From Saccostrea cucullata (lineage: Eukaryota): a stretch of 64,000 nt of DNA. The notes under the pieces are model-generated. The model was not told the DNA's origin. It ran no database searches and saw only the letters and a program-made list of their open reading frames with translations. The DNA lies in contig NW_026931583.1 in NCBI RefSeq assembly GCF_032062105.1, positions 372,001-436,000 on the forward strand, in the 5' to 3' direction. Below are positions 36,241 to 50,760 of the stretch, in pieces. A program made the position numbers and the translations under genes. Position 1 is the first letter of the stretch. Each line of letters opens with the position of its first letter.

Positions 36241-39200
36241 CATCAACTCGTAGCAGTACTTTCAGTACTTTGATTTATCATATGCCTTCATTAACCTACG
36301 TAAAGTAAATGTTCAAAATGCATGTTATAAAAAGTATTTGAGAGACTATATTTTATCTGATCTGACCTGACTGTTTGAACAACTGCTTTAATATGAAATA
36401 GTTGTGTCTTACACTGTCATTCCTCTAAGTAACACTAATTTTTATTTCTTGTGTTTCAAATAAGTGACTGTATATTTGATATATACATCAGGCTTTGAAG
36501 TCTTAATACATCATCAACATTTGTGTGTGTTGTGTGTATACAAAATAAACATCCCCCATCCGTGTGTTAATTCCTCTACACCTATAGATATATATTTGAC
36601 TTACATAACTGTCCATATTGATATTTGTACCTTTATTCATCACCCAGTGTAAATGTCATAGGTGAGATAAGTTGTTCCACAATATAAACACACCAAACAA
36701 ATGGATTTGGACAATGACACTTCTAACCTGTTAAAACCTTCTAAACTATACAGGCAATTTACAGATAAACTCGGATCAAGTCCTGGTCAAGAATCTTCTA
36801 ATGCTATTGTAATAGCCAGAAAATCTAACTAGCTTAACTTTTCTTTACTAGCTGACTTAAAAAAGGATCTTTGTTATGTAATGTTTATAAGGATAATGAC
36901 ATTCCTTTTCTTTGTTTTCATTCATTGATTGAATATAATCTTCTTCACAAACAGAATAAAACCATCAAGAGAACATAGACAGGACTACAGTGTGTATATG
37001 CCTATAATCAGTTGAAATTAGTCCAAAAAATATTGTTTTTAAGTGACAATTACAATTGTGTAACAGGCATGAATGGTAGATCAACAAATAGCATGTCAAT
37101 GTGAAACATTTCAATACAGACATTTAAAAGTCTATCTCTTGTCTTTCCACTTGACAATAACATATTCATCGTGGATCTACTTCAATCTCAAAGTGGATTT
37201 TTTTTTTTTTTTTGAGTTTCAATTATTTTACTGTTTTCAATAACTGTTACAATAATTATCAATAATTTATATCACAATGGACTGAAAGACAAAACTTAAT
37301 TGTATATTTTTGTCTGTCTCTTTGATATTTTAGGCTTCTGAATAAATTTTAATAGTAGCCACCAGGTATCCATGCATGCTGAACTGTCAGGCTTTAAAGT
37401 CGTTATGATAATCAGGCAACTTGACAGCTGAGAGCTCATAATATATATAACTATAATAAACATATATTATTATTTTTTTTTACAATTATTTTCATTTTTT
37501 TTAAATTAAATATTTAAAATAAAAAAATATGTAACGTCACACCGACAGGGAGAACTTCTTTGCATTTTTGGCAAAATGAATTCAAAAAGGGCCTAGTTGT
37601 CTGTTTTTGCATGATGGATAAACTTTCATTATTCTTCTAGATTCCATATAAAATGTACGAGTATTTTTCTGAAACCCTAAATACATTAACCTATATCAAC
37701 TTTTATTCAGTAATTACTGAATAACAGACTAATTATTAATAAGTCAGGTAGATTACTGTTACTTTAAACTCCTACTCAAAACACCCTGCACCTAAATTCC
37801 TTAAAAGTTTACCATTGATTATATTGATTTTTAAGTTTAAAAGTTAAAGGTAAAACATTCCTGGCGATTTGTCTCATTTTATCTTTCAACTAGCTGCAAA
37901 CAAAGAAGACTTTTGGCTGAGTTGTCTAGCATTCAGAGCTTCAGCAAAACTTTAAATAGTTCTCTCAGTCTGTCCTGACCGAGTTCACATACTTACCTGA
38001 ACCACTTATTTGGGGTGAGAAAAAAAAAATTGTGACCGTTAAATTACTACCTGACCTTACATTTTCCTGCTTTTATTGCGTTTTCGAAAGTGAAATGCTG
38101 CATAGAGAATAAATAGAAGATAATTCTTCCAGATAATTCTGAATAAATTATATACTATAATCATAAAATCTGAAAAAAAAACCATCATAATATTAACCCA
38201 TCATGATACTAACAATAATTGAACACTGTAATGAACGTTTCTTATTAATCAAGAGCTTCAGTTTATTCTAAATTTGTCTGAGGAGAACAGTCCATTTGTA
38301 TACACTTTCTTTTGAAAAGAATCTAGATTGAAATCAGGAATACACGAGGGGAATGGAATGTGTCGGCTGTCAACACAGGTGTGAATAATGGCCACATACC
38401 AGATACAGACTATAGATTTACAGGTAGACCCCACAAGACCTGTTTCTCGACTGGCGATTTTCATTTAAAACTGTGTAAACTATCACAAAGAATCAAACAA
38501 AAACCCCATATATCTACAAACAAACTATCTTATTAAAAAATCTCATTTAGTATCTGCATTTCTGACGCATCAAAATGCCAGAACCATTTGTTGACATTCA
38601 CGAAAATTCATCAGACCCAAAGACGGAAGAGGACTAGCGCTCTATTCATTGATTATGCACTGCAATCAATCACTGTATACTTTTAAGAATTATTTTATAA
38701 GCCTACCTCTGTTTTGGTGTTCAAAACTACTCCATTCCATAAACGAAATTTCAGTAAAGTCCCGAATGTGGAATGGTCACCAAACTTTCAATATACTTTT
38801 TTCTCAAACAGCTCTCTGACATAGACCAAACTTAAAAACCGCTCAGGTGACACGGATTTACAGGTAAGTCGACCATGACGAGGTTTCCACCCCTGTCATC
38901 TGTCAGCACGACAAATGAATGAAAAATAAGATATGTCTGCTATTTAATATTTTTTAATTAATTGTAATAATTACGATTTACATACAAAAGAAATGTACAA
39001 TTTAGAAGAGTTTAAATACAACAGCATGTCCTATCTTCGCAGGCTAACAAATAAGCCTGTACATTACAAAAATTAAATTATCTATATAGCCTATAGATAC
39101 AGGTGTAGATTCATTAATATCTTTTATTCATTTTATTTTTCTAACTATTTTTCGGGTGAAATATTTATTAACTGTTAAAATTCCCCCTTTTTTTTTTAAA

Positions 39201-39251
39201 TCACCACATTTGCATAAATTCATTCTTTAATTACATCAGAAGGTATTGATA

Positions 39252-40581
39252 CGAGGGGCATTTCAAAAGTTCTGGCAACTGTTTGATAAAAAATTAACCG
39301 TTTTACGAAAATTATTGAGTTTTATATCATTGGAAAGATCAAAAAATATACACATATTGTGACGTCATGTTATAATTTTTATGACGTAATAACTCAGAAA
39401 ATGACGTCACAATATAGACTGTTTAGCATACTGAAAAGTCTCGATTTTATCCAAATGAGACGATCGTAAAAGTGCTGCCAAAGGCTTATTTGAAAAAAAA
39501 ATTCAAAGAAATTTTTTATATGCAAAGAAGTAGAGTAGGACTATGATACTATTTATCAGCAATTCCATTATTCTTTGTATGGTTTGTTTACGAGCACAGT
39601 TTATGTTCGGTTATGCTATCATCGACATTAATTTAAGATTTTTATTTACATGATACGGCTGGATATTCAGTCTTTTATATAGCTCTCCATTGTTTGAAAT
39701 AAAACAAGTCTTGTATTAAACTGAAGTAGTTTAATGCAGTTTTCCTCTAATATATTTTGAGTAATAGGACTCTTACCGTTTACGAATAAAATGTACTAAA
39801 TCTTGCCCCTGACTTGATTCTGTGCGTATTTTTTCATATAAATTCAACTTTGGCGCCCCAAAACTCACTATTGCTTTTGACTTTTGAATCCAAAAAATGA
39901 ATATAAGTTACACAGACATGTAAAATCTTATTTATTTTCCAGGAATTAAAATTTGCGAATATGTGGAGGTACGGTGGGGCTACAACTGCGCTGCCGCCAT
40001 TTTGGATTTTACAAGAAATTATAGGGCACACTAACTTCTCTTGAGCCTTCATCGATCCCATAAATGTGGTTAAAACGCCTGACGAATTTATGCCATGAAA
40101 TTTTGTAACACGATCGTCTATTTCTCTTTCATTGTCAACTTTGTCTTTTTCTCACAGTGAGGTATTTTTTACGCAATAGCTTGAGCGAGATTCGACAAAA
40201 ACATGCTAAGTTTGACACTCGCTAAAACCATTTCAAAACAAAAAGATCTCTGAAATAAAACACCATATGATAGATTGTAGTCCATATAAACATTCCACCA
40301 ACTGGTATATGCTTCCGTTAGCTTGCGTCCGAGTACTGAGCAAAAGTTGTCTTGAACATTTTAATTTGATCAAATTGTTCTTTTGTTACGTCATTTTTAT
40401 GGTCAGTATGCTAAACAATCTATATTGTGACGTCATTTTCTGAGTTATTACGTCATAAAAATTAAAAAGTCACAATATGTATGTATTTTCCTGATCTTTC
40501 TAATGATATCAAACTCAATATTTTCCGTAAAACGGTTAATTTTTTATTAACCAGTTGCCAGAACTTTTGAAATGCCCCTCG
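39252..40581. mobile_element. Non-autonomous Tc1/mariner element with ~180-bp TIRs
   Basis: TA-CGAGGGGCATTTCAAAAGTTCTGGCAACTG ... CAGTTGCCAGAACTTTTGAAATGCCCCTCG-TA; inverted identity extends to ~39433/40403. Confidence 0.9.
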
Positions 40582-40596
40582 TAAAACGTCGATTAA

Positions 40597-41081
40597 GGTC
40601 AAGATCTAGTAAATGAAAGGTGCCTACAGATTTATCAAACTTGAGAAATAAATTCCTTTATTGATACTTTACAACTTTAGCTTGGTCAAATAAGGTGTTT
40701 CGGGGCATAATTTGTAGGTAAACAAGATGAAAAACTGTATTTTAAACTGTCATTTTCAATGAAAAATTAAGAAAACCAGTCATGAATATGGGAGTTTTTT
40801 TCGTATTCGGCAAAGTGAATGTATCCAGATTGCCTACAGTCTCTCAGAAAACGGTAATTAGTATGTTCATGGCATCTTCTTTAAATCAATATCAAATTTA
40901 ATATAGGTATCCGGTTTACTTTTCAAATGATTTCAAATTGATTGACATGAAAATACTATATTTTCTACATAATTCTGCTAAAGCCGTAAAGTACGGGAAA
41001 AAGAAAATTGAAATTGATTATGACGTCATAATGGATCTAGCACCAAAAAATTAGTCTCAAGTTATTTACTAGATCTTGACC
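40597..41081 (+). mobile_element. Kolobok-like MITE, copy 1 (TTAA TSD)
   Basis: TTAA-GGTCAAGATCTAGTAAAT ... ATTTACTAGATCTTGACC-TTAA; a closely similar inverted copy lies at 58943-59426. Confidence 0.88.
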
Positions 41082-41708
41082 TTAAATATATAAAACACCA
41101 GTAAAAACTACCGACAGATACTAGTAGTTGTTATTATGGGGGGGGGGGGTGGTATTTTCTGGGTTTGGTCATTTTGATTGAATCATTTTTTTTTTGGATA
41201 TCAGTAAATTAATAAAATCTGTAGAAATTTCTTGAAACACATAAATATATTTATTTATTCAAGAATTTATTAGATTTTGTAGAAGGGGGTGTGGTGGCAT
41301 TTGCACCCAATGCACCTTTCCCTTCCAGTGGCCTTGATAATCTTAAGCTTCAATAAGAAAAAAAAACGTGGTGGTGGTGGGGGGGGGGTTAAGATAGTTC
41401 CAATTTTCAATTCTCTTATTATGCCTTACCCTATCATTCTTTAATTATCTTAAAAGGTAATTATTTTATTAAAAAGGTTGGGGTTGTTCCTACAAAAGCC
41501 CACTGAGCTAATTTTTGAAGTTTGCGAAAGTGCAAGGACGAGTAAATCAAACACGACCAGAAATTTAAAGTTTCAATAACTTCAAAATGAAAAAGATATT
41601 TATCATATTTTCTTGTGAAATGCTATTGCAATACATAAGTCGTAAAATTATGGTACAGAAAATTTGAGAAAATATGAACTTCAAATCTGTGTCTATATGC
41701 ACCTTTAC

Positions 41709-42205
41709 AGGGACATGGACATTTTAAAGTTTCAACTGATTTAAAACAAACAAACAGTTTTAATGTTTACAATTCCTACTTAAAGCAAATCAAATGATCA
41801 CCAAAATTTGAACATCGTTCGTTGATTTATAAAGGGGACGCAGAACTAAAAATTCATCATAATGTAAACAATGCTCGTGTCTTGTTCTTGTTTATAAAAA
41901 AAAAAATGATATTCATATTAAAAAAAAAAAAAACAATATTCAGCAAATCACTACAAACTGTCTAATCGTATTTAGATTTAACTTCTCTATTAAAAAAATC
42001 TGCTTTGAAAGAATATAAATCAGCATTTACCTATGTAAACAAAAAAACATGGAACGGGGCTTGTTTACGTAACAAAGATTTGGAGATCTAAATCTGTCTC
42101 GACAACTGAAGTTCAAATTTTTGATAATCATTAAAATACCTTTCTAAGGATAAAAAAGGAAAAATACATCTTAAAACGTTAAGCTTAAACTGTGTCCATG
42201 CCCCT
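41709..42205. mobile_element. Kolobok-like MITE (older, different family)
   Basis: ttac-AGGGACATGGACA ... TGTCCATGCCCCT-ttaa; internal tgtaaaca/tgtttac inverted motifs. Confidence 0.65.
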
Positions 42206-42409
42206 TTAAAAATGATTTTGATTCTTTATAAAAGTACTCTGAGGTATACATAAAATATTTTTCTTACAAAATAAAGAGAATTGAAGTTGATGGCAAAAGA
42301 AGCAACAGTTCCTCAGTGAAATTACTGAGGTATTGTAGTCTTCCAACAATCTGCTTGAATTTTCATGGACACAAACACTAGCCGCCCCCCCCCCCCCCCT
42401 TTATTAACC

Positions 42410-42720
42410 AACTTGTTATTGTAGTCATATGAAGTAGAAAATTTTCACAAAAAAATCTATAGGATCAGATAAAGCCTCTTGCTGATGCCTTCAATTCGGT
42501 AATTTATTAGATATATCAACGATGCCTTATCAATTGATTTTTTGGGGGTTCGATAAATCTAGTGAACATGAAATAACGACACAACAGAATCTGCAAAATC
42601 TGCTTCACATTTGGTTGCTTTACTAAAAAAAAATATTCACGAAAACTCAACTAGAGAACAGATAAGACGACTTCAGAGACATTATGGTTATGCTATTCTC
42701 ATTTGAAGGTTAGCATTTTA
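42410..42720 (+). pseudogene. Highly degenerate Penelope-like reverse transcriptase fragment
   Basis: Decayed motifs attagatatatcaacgatgccttatcaatt (RYIDDxLSI-like) and gacacaacagaatctgcaaaatctgcttcacatttg (DTTESAKSASHL). Confidence 0.5.
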
Positions 42721-43224
42721 TATTCACACACCTGAGAAAATTTTATTCCATCCAGTACTTTTATATTTTTAATCTATAGATACATGTATGGAATACATGT
42801 GTATATGGAAATAAGGAACAGTATTCTAGATCAAAAGTCTATCCAAAGATAACAAATTAAGAGCAGAGCAAAGGTTGATAGGCTACCATCAGGTGCCACA
42901 TCCCCTGCCGACCTGTCACACCAGCCGTATGCTCCAAATCTTAAGTGAAAATATGGAATAACAATTAGTATATAAAAAAGTCATTCAGCGTTTGCCTTAC
43001 TGTATTCACATGAACAGAACTTGCAAAATGACGACTTTAAATGAGACTGTTGATATCCTTGATTCATCAACTTGTTTGTCAATAGCTTACCTCTTTTGAG
43101 AAGTGTACAACATGCCCTTTTGTATCGGATCTACTGAGAGACATAAACAGATGATAAAAATATATTGCCGTATACATGTATTAAGAAAGATAGATGGCGA
43201 TTGAAAAGTTGGAGTCATTATGAA

Positions 43225-43500
43225 TGATATTGTCTCAAGCCACGGTCAGGAGTCCGCATATAGCTCTCTCCAGAATGGGAGAGGATCGTACATTTTGGCC
43301 GTGGTTTGCGACGATGTATGAATGGAATGAAACAAATGGAGATAACAAACAGTATTCAAGATCAAAAGCCCATAAAACAATACAAAATGGGAGCAGAGCA
43401 AACACGGACATCCAAAACATCAGAGCTGGGATCAGGTGCCATACAAGAGTGAACATCCCTTGCCGACCGGTCACACCCGCCGTGTACTCCTTGTCATGAC
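43225..43500 (-). mobile_element. Dispersed repeat (probable Penelope-like retroelement terminal region); partial copies at 42810-42930 and 60070-60172
   Basis: Three copies share aacagtattc.agatcaaaag..gagcagagcaaa..tcaggtgcca. Confidence 0.6.
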
Positions 43501-44148
43501 AGGTAGTAACTATTTATAAACCGTAATTGATAATTTATCGTCAATATACACATGTATCTACATAATGTTAAGTTGATGGCCATGGAAAGTGTTTTTTTCC
43601 CATGTAGAAGTTTTTGAATAAATTCTGCTTCATATGATTATACAAATAAGTCTAATTTGAACATATTCATTTTGTAATAAAACGAATACATCAATGGATT
43701 AAGCAGCAACCCTCTCCACAGGTACAAGATTAATTAAAATACATCAAACTATACATGTATATAGTTACAGGTTCATATATCACCAGTAAGTTATAGTTAA
43801 GTAACACAAAATGGAATTTCGGAGAAAAAAAAATAAGAGTGAAAAAGTTCAAATAAGTCTGTTTACAACGGGGCGAATTAGTACCCATGGGAAATACAAC
43901 GGATTGTTGGAAGATCTGTCACCGTACACTACATAGAAATTGTCGATCAGAAACTCGATTGAAAAGTCGTACGTTTTGCTTTAATTTATTTCAATAAAAA
44001 AATTTAAATTCCAATCTGATTAGCACCACTTTTCGAATATATTGTACAGTACCCTTGAAATTTCTCCCTCATTAATATGGATATTTTAGTCAAGTTATTG
44101 TTTTGATTTCCCTGTATTGACCACTTGAAGTCTCCTACTTTTCCGTCT

Positions 44149-44730
44149 AAAGAACTATATGCGGTATATTGCATATGTTTGCCCCCACAAAAGTCAAATT
44201 TTGAAAACTTCCTGAAATGTGCTGAATTCAATAAATTGTACGAGAAATATAAGTTAACAGAAAATATTATAGTTCCAGAGCAGTGTATTCACAATTTCTG
44301 TTTTATGACGTCACAAACTAGTCCGATTTTATATCCTTTTTCAGAAAGAGGACAAAATGGACAAAATTTCAACAATTTAAGCTTTAAAATTTATAGAGCG
44401 CATGTGTGTTCAGGAACAATATTGACATATTTCATTGATATTATCATTCTACACATTATATCAAAATATTTATCCTGAACACACGTGCGCTCGGTGACTT
44501 TTATTTAAAATATCGACGAAATATGTACATTTTTCTGCAAAATTCATAAAAAACTGAAATTTACGTCATGTCTGTGACGTCATTACGTACATATGACGTC
44601 ATTACTTATGAAATTATTCAGTGCTTTGAAGTCAGCATATACTCCCCTGTTTAAGGACTTAATTAAATATTACTCCATCAAAGTTTGATTTTGGGGGGCA
44701 AATGTTGGTTAATACCGCATATAGTTCTTT
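44149..44730. mobile_element. Foldback MITE with a central hairpin
   Basis: TIRs AAAGAACTATATGCGGTAT..TTTGCCCCCA / TGGGGGCAAA..ATACCGCATATAGTTCTTT; internal inverted repeat gagcgcatgtgtgttcagga / tcctgaacacacgtgcgctc. Confidence 0.8.
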
Positions 44731-45134
44731 GTACGTCCGTCCATCTGTTACGCTTTGGGATACCCATTCTTATCCGCAACTCCCCTTTTGCCACGGAATG
44801 AAATTGAAATGAAACTCTCACAGAATATTTGTTACATAGTGCCATAGTGACCTCCTATTTTACTTTTTGACCGGACACATATTTTTGGTTTCCCTAGCAA
44901 AACATGGACAAGGCCATTAATTCTTTTTATAATATTAAAGGGTACCCATCTCTTATCCGCAACTCCTCCTATACAACTGAATAAAATTTAATGATACTTT
45001 CAAAGATTCTTTATTACATAATGTCATTGTGCATATCCATTTTAAATTTTTTATCTGACACTTATTTCGGGTCTCCCAGAGCAAAACATGGACTTTGCCA
45101 TTATAACCTTATGGGGGGGGGGGTATCGTTTACT

Positions 45135-45301
45135 TAAACAATAAACTGCTTTCTTTGTTTGTTATTACTGGAATTAACGGAAGCAGTTGTTGCAGAAAAA
45201 ATTCATAACCCGCGTAAGGGTTATGTAAATTTTTTCTGCAATAGCTGCATGCGACCATTAATTCCAGTAATAACAATCAAAGAAAGACATTTTATTGTTT
45301 A
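45135..45301. repeat. ~167-bp imperfect palindrome
   Basis: taaacaataaa..tgttattactggaattaa..ttgcagaaaaaatt.cataaccc | gggttatg..aattttttctgcaa..ttaattccagtaataaca..tttattgttta. Confidence 0.85.
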
Positions 45302-46367
45302 CGAGGGTTGTCCCGTAAAATCGTGGACAAGTTGTCTAGTGTGAAAAATAAAAATCACTGCGTTCTGAAATTTTCACCATTTTTTAGTACATATATTTGT
45401 AATATACACAGCAAATTTCAGATAAATATATGCATAAATAAACATATTATGAGATTTTATGCCATGTATTGTATCACCTTACGGCGCATGGATTATAACG
45501 TCAAAGTGTCAAAAACAGCGTCACGTTTTATCTTTGCTGAAAATGAAGTTGGATGAGTCCGACTTAAATTTAGGAATTTCATTGATACACATTCTTTAGT
45601 CTCCATAAACAGCCGAAGAACCAGCTGGTACCCTCATGCGATCTTCTGAAGATTTATTAGTAATATAAGTTACGGACAATATTCTCACCATCATTCAACT
45701 AATAGAAAACCTCATATCGGCGGTCTACTGTGACAGCGTCTTTTGCTATTACATTAGGAGTTTGTCCGTATGTTTTGTACTCCCCACGGACTAGATAAAA
45801 AAAAACACTTCGCTAAGAAATCTCCTATTTCATTTGTATACTTAAGATATGGTGATATTTTTATAATCTTTTTTCTTCTATGCTCATTTCAAGTCTCTAA
45901 AGGAGTCATTACAACATCAAAATAAAAGTGAACTGTTCTCCGATGCGCCGTAACGTCATAAAACGTCGCCATTGTTCGTGAGTTGTGTTTACCACTTTCC
46001 CATTTCGAATGCTCGAGAAACTGCCAAATATTAAGCAAATGCCTTCAAATTTTTACAAAGACTACAAAATTGATTGTGGAATTGAATTAGGATAATTTTA
46101 ATCCAAATCTTATGTATTTAAAACTTTTATTTTGAATTCAAACTTGTGTATTCTTTAATAAAACCTTGGTTTTTCGACCGTGCGCCGTAGGACAATACCT
46201 CGTGCACTTACAAGCATAATAAAATCTTTATTTTTGCCTATATTTTATCAAAAAAATTATCATGCACTTAAATATGATACATAAACATTCACTGAAATTT
46301 TCAGCTTAGTGCGCCCATTACTTTTCGAGAAAAACGCTTTGTCCACGATTTTACGGGACAACCCTCG
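45302..46367. mobile_element. Non-autonomous Tc1/mariner element
   Basis: TA-CGAGGGTTGTCCCGTAAAATCGTGGACAA ... TTGTCCACGATTTTACGGGACAACCCTCG-TA. Confidence 0.9.
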
Positions 46368-46680
46368 TATATTTATATATCTGTTTAAATAATCAATTAA
46401 AGAAGGATTAAAAAGTTTAATTATTGTATTGATGATGCGAACGTCTTTGTACGTTTCATTGATGGAACAGCCACTGATCAAGAAATCTGTACAGGCGACA
46501 CCCCTAATGTAGTTCACGCAGTGATTAACGCAAAAAAGGAGAAAATTTTCAGTGGATGTAAATATATTGTATTGAGCTCATTGCTCACATTGCCTCTAGT
46601 TTAAACAGTTTGCGACAAATATAATTCTCCACTGACTATAGCACTTTTCATACCCCGACTCACGTACCAAAAATAAAATA

Positions 46681-49600
46681 CTGTAGACGTACTTTTTTCC
46701 ACGGGGTCATAATTCCGCGGAAATGCAATTTCTGTTTAATCCGCGTGTAGAAAACTACGCGGATTTCCTAGACTGTCACTATATGCCTTACATTTATATG
46801 TGAATTTAAACCACATATAAAGATTCTAAAAAACACAAAATCGGATTTTCAGTGGATTAAGTTAGAGAAAATTTTTTTCAATTTTGACCAAGATTTATTC
46901 ATATGTGTACTATATAACCCCCCGGAAAATTCATCTTATTCCAAAGGTATTGACTATGATATTCTCGAGTGTATTGAAAAAGACATACCTCATTACAAAT
47001 CACTTGGTAATATTCTACTTTGCGGAGATTTCAATGCAAGGGTATCTACAGAACCTGATTTCATTGAAAACGATGATGATAATTTTATTCCTCTTGATCC
47101 AAGATACAATGCTGACTTACAAATTATTAATCGACTTAACATGGACTCTAAATTAGATAATCGAGGCAAAGAATTATTAGATCTCTGTATATCAAACCAA
47201 TTGAGAATATTAAATGGTCGTACCTTTGGAGATACAGTTGGTAATTATACATGTTTTACACCAAATGGATGTAGCACAGTTGACTACGTGTTGGTTTCAG
47301 AAAAAATACTAAACCAAATATTGTCTTTTAGAGTATCAGAATTTTTACCTACTTTGTCTGATTGCCACTGTTTGTTGCAATGGTCACTATCTGCCAGGTT
47401 TTGTCTTAAATCTGATATGAATGATGTCAATTCAAGTCCTGTATCTCCTAACTACATTTGGTCTGATGATTCTTCTGCTCGCTTCGAAGCCGCTCTTAAT
47501 TCAGAGGACATTCAAAGAAAATTACATAATCTTTTAAATGGACCTAATCTTAATTCTCCCTCAACAATTGATAATGCTACATTAGAATTATCTAATATCC
47601 TTATTAATACTGCAGATAAGTCCCTTAGAAAATGCAAAAAAAATGCAAAAAGACAAACAAAAACCATAAAAAATGGTTTGATTCAGACTTGAATTCTATG
47701 AGAAGAAATCTATTTAGCTACGCAAAAATATATACTAAATACCCCAAAGATCCCGCTGTCAGAAATCACTATTACAAACTGTATAGAGAATATACCAAAA
47801 CAAGGAAATACAAATGCAGACAGTATAAACAATCTCTGCTAAAACAGTTAGAAACTCTACATGAAGAAAACCCAAAATCTTATTGGAATCTTATTGATAA
47901 ACTGCAAGGTACTGAAAACACGAACAGCTCGGATGCAATCGATCCAAACACCTTGGTCTCTCACTTCCAAAATCTAAACCAACCAAAACCCAAGTATGCT
48001 CAACGTCTGGCACAGCTTGATAATATTCTTACCAATCTGGAAAAAAGTAAATGTTTTAGTGAACTTGATAATCATATATCTGTAGCAGAAATTTCAAATG
48101 CTATCTCAAAATTAAAAAATGGAAAAGCCCCAGGTCTTGACAATATTTCAAACCATATGATCAAATGTAGTCAAACTTTTTTACTACCATGTCTCTATAA
48201 AATATTCAACTGTTGCCTTACATTTGGATATTATCCAAAACCTTGGTCTTCTGGGTACATTATTCCTATTTATAAAAGTAATGATAGTTCTGATCCAAAC
48301 AACTATCGGGGCATTACAGTTACAAATGCAATAGGAAAGTTATTCAATAAAATACTAGACATTCGACTTGATAAATTTTTAGAAAAACATCATGTAATAA
48401 GTGATTATCAGATCGGCTTCACTCGAAAAGCAAGAACATCAGACCATATGTATATACTCAAGACAATTATTGATAAGTACTATAATACTAAAGATGGTAG
48501 AGTATATGCCTGCTTTGTTGATTTTCAAAAAGCCTTTGATACTGTTATACACACAGGAATCAAAATTAAACTCCTCAAAATAGGGGTAGGAACAAATTTT
48601 TATGAAGTAGTGAAAAGTATGTATACATCAAGTAAATCCTGTGTCAGAGTCGATAATAAGATTACTAACTTTTTCCCAATAACTTTGGGAGTGAAGCAAG
48701 GTGACAATCTCAGTCCCAATTTATTTAAAATTTTTATTAATGATCTTCCAGATTACCTGAACTCAGCTACTGACCCTGTTTATTTAAATTCAAATTCAGT
48801 TAAATGTTTGATGTATGCTGATGACATAATTCTACTCTCCTCCACAGCGGAAGGTTTACAACAAGAACTTAATATTCTACAGCAATACTGCAACGATTGG
48901 TGTCTCTGTGTTAATACATCTAAAACAAAGATAGTTGTTTTTAACAAAGCAGGTAGACTCTCCAAAACAAAATTTTACCTCGATGATGTCGAACTGGAAT
49001 GTGTGTCTGAATACAAATATCTAGGTGTGACATTTTGTTCTTCGGGTTCTTTCTCCTTTGCTCAAAAGCAGCTTTATCAAAAAGCATTAAAATTATTTTT
49101 TAAACTCAGGAAAAATTTCATTTCCCTGAATCCTGAGGTTAAAACCACTATCCATATTTTTGACCATACAATTAAACCTATTTTATTGTATGCATCTGAA
49201 GTTTGGGGTTGTTTTAATCCATTTACAAAAAAAAAATAGCATACCCAATTGTACTATTGATAAAATATACTCCAACTTATTCTGTGAAAAACTCCACTTG
49301 AAATTTTGTAAATCAGTACTAGGTGTGCATAAAACTGCAACTAATTTTGCTGTATTGTCTGATTTAGGTAGATTTCCCCTGCACTTTGACATTGTAAGAT
49401 CAATGATAAGGTAATAAAAATCTAGGCCATTCTTTCCCAATTTTAAAAGATGCATATTGTGAATCCAAATCATTGTTTGAGAAAAACATCCCTTCTTGGT
49501 ACAATCCATTAATTTTCTTATTACCAATATCGAGGGTATTCGTGATTTAACTTCAGTCAAAATGCACAAATTCAAACGTGAACTTAAAGATTGTTTATTT

Positions 49601-50054
49601 AGATATTATATACAAGAGTGGAATTCTCAACTTAAATCACACTAAAAAGCTGAGATGCTATAGCACTTTTAAACAAAATTTTGGTCAAGAAAAGTATCTT
49701 AATTTAATTAAGAATTTTGAGCAGAGGAGAAGTTTTACTCGTTTTCGCATATCAGCTCACAGACTTAATATTGAAAGGGGTCGATATATAGGTATTCCTA
49801 GAGAAGAAAGACACTGCAATAGATGCAATAACAAAACAGTTGATGATGAGAAACATTTTCTCTTTTCATGTAATCACATTAAGGATGAAAGAAAAGTCTT
49901 GTATGAATTAATAAACAATTCCTGTAAGAATTTCCACAACTTGGACAGTGAAAATAAGTTAAATTGGCTCATGACTAATGAGGATGTGCAAATACTGATT
50001 CAAGTCAGTAAAATGATTATGAGAGCTGAAGTATGAAAAGTATTAGTAAACCTG

Positions 50055-50091
<37 letters not shown>

Positions 50092-50722
50092 AAATTTAAT
50101 GTGTCCCCTCATTCCCTTCTTAAATGTACAGAATCAGTCAGAATGGGTGTCTTGAATACTTAGAGTACGGGTTTGCCAGTATAATCGGCTGTGCAGAGGC
50201 ATCGTCCCCTGGTACCCTCTGTATCCAAGTTACCTTTTCTTTACATTAATTGTATGCTCCTTCAAGATCACAGATTTACATTTATACAGGATAGTACCAT
50301 TTGTTTATATATATACATATATTTGTGTGTAAATTATTATTTTTGTATGCATGGATATGTGTAACAATAAGTGTATGTTTATAATATATACTATACATAC
50401 ATATATTTGTATATGAATTATTATTTTTGTATGCATGGATTTGTGTAACAGTAAGTGTGTGTTTGTGTATGTGGGTATGCATATGTCAAATATCTATTGA
50501 ACTAACTCCAAGAGATTAGTTTGCATTAAATTTCTAATTATATGCTAAACTTATTAATTGAAATTACTATTTCTGTTAATACTTAAATGATTTTTTTTTT
50601 GAATGACCATCTTCAATACTTAGGGTACAGGTTTGCCAGACAGGCTGTGTAGAGGTATCATCCCCTGGTGCCCTTTGTATTCAAGATGCACTAGTTTTAT
50701 ATTAGAGTACTGCCATTACTAC

Positions 50723-50760
<38 letters not shown>

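Noticed and set aside
37990-38880. Candidate 5' non-coding exons or promoter of the giant gene (minus-strand donors near 37996 and 38706)
   Set aside because: An upstream exon is implied by the acceptor at 30530, but donor-like motifs alone cannot locate it.
47632-49239. Intact host or domesticated reverse transcriptase gene
   Set aside because: Fragment of a 5'-truncated, frameshifted LINE ORF2; some frameshifts lie in A-runs and could be sequencing errors.
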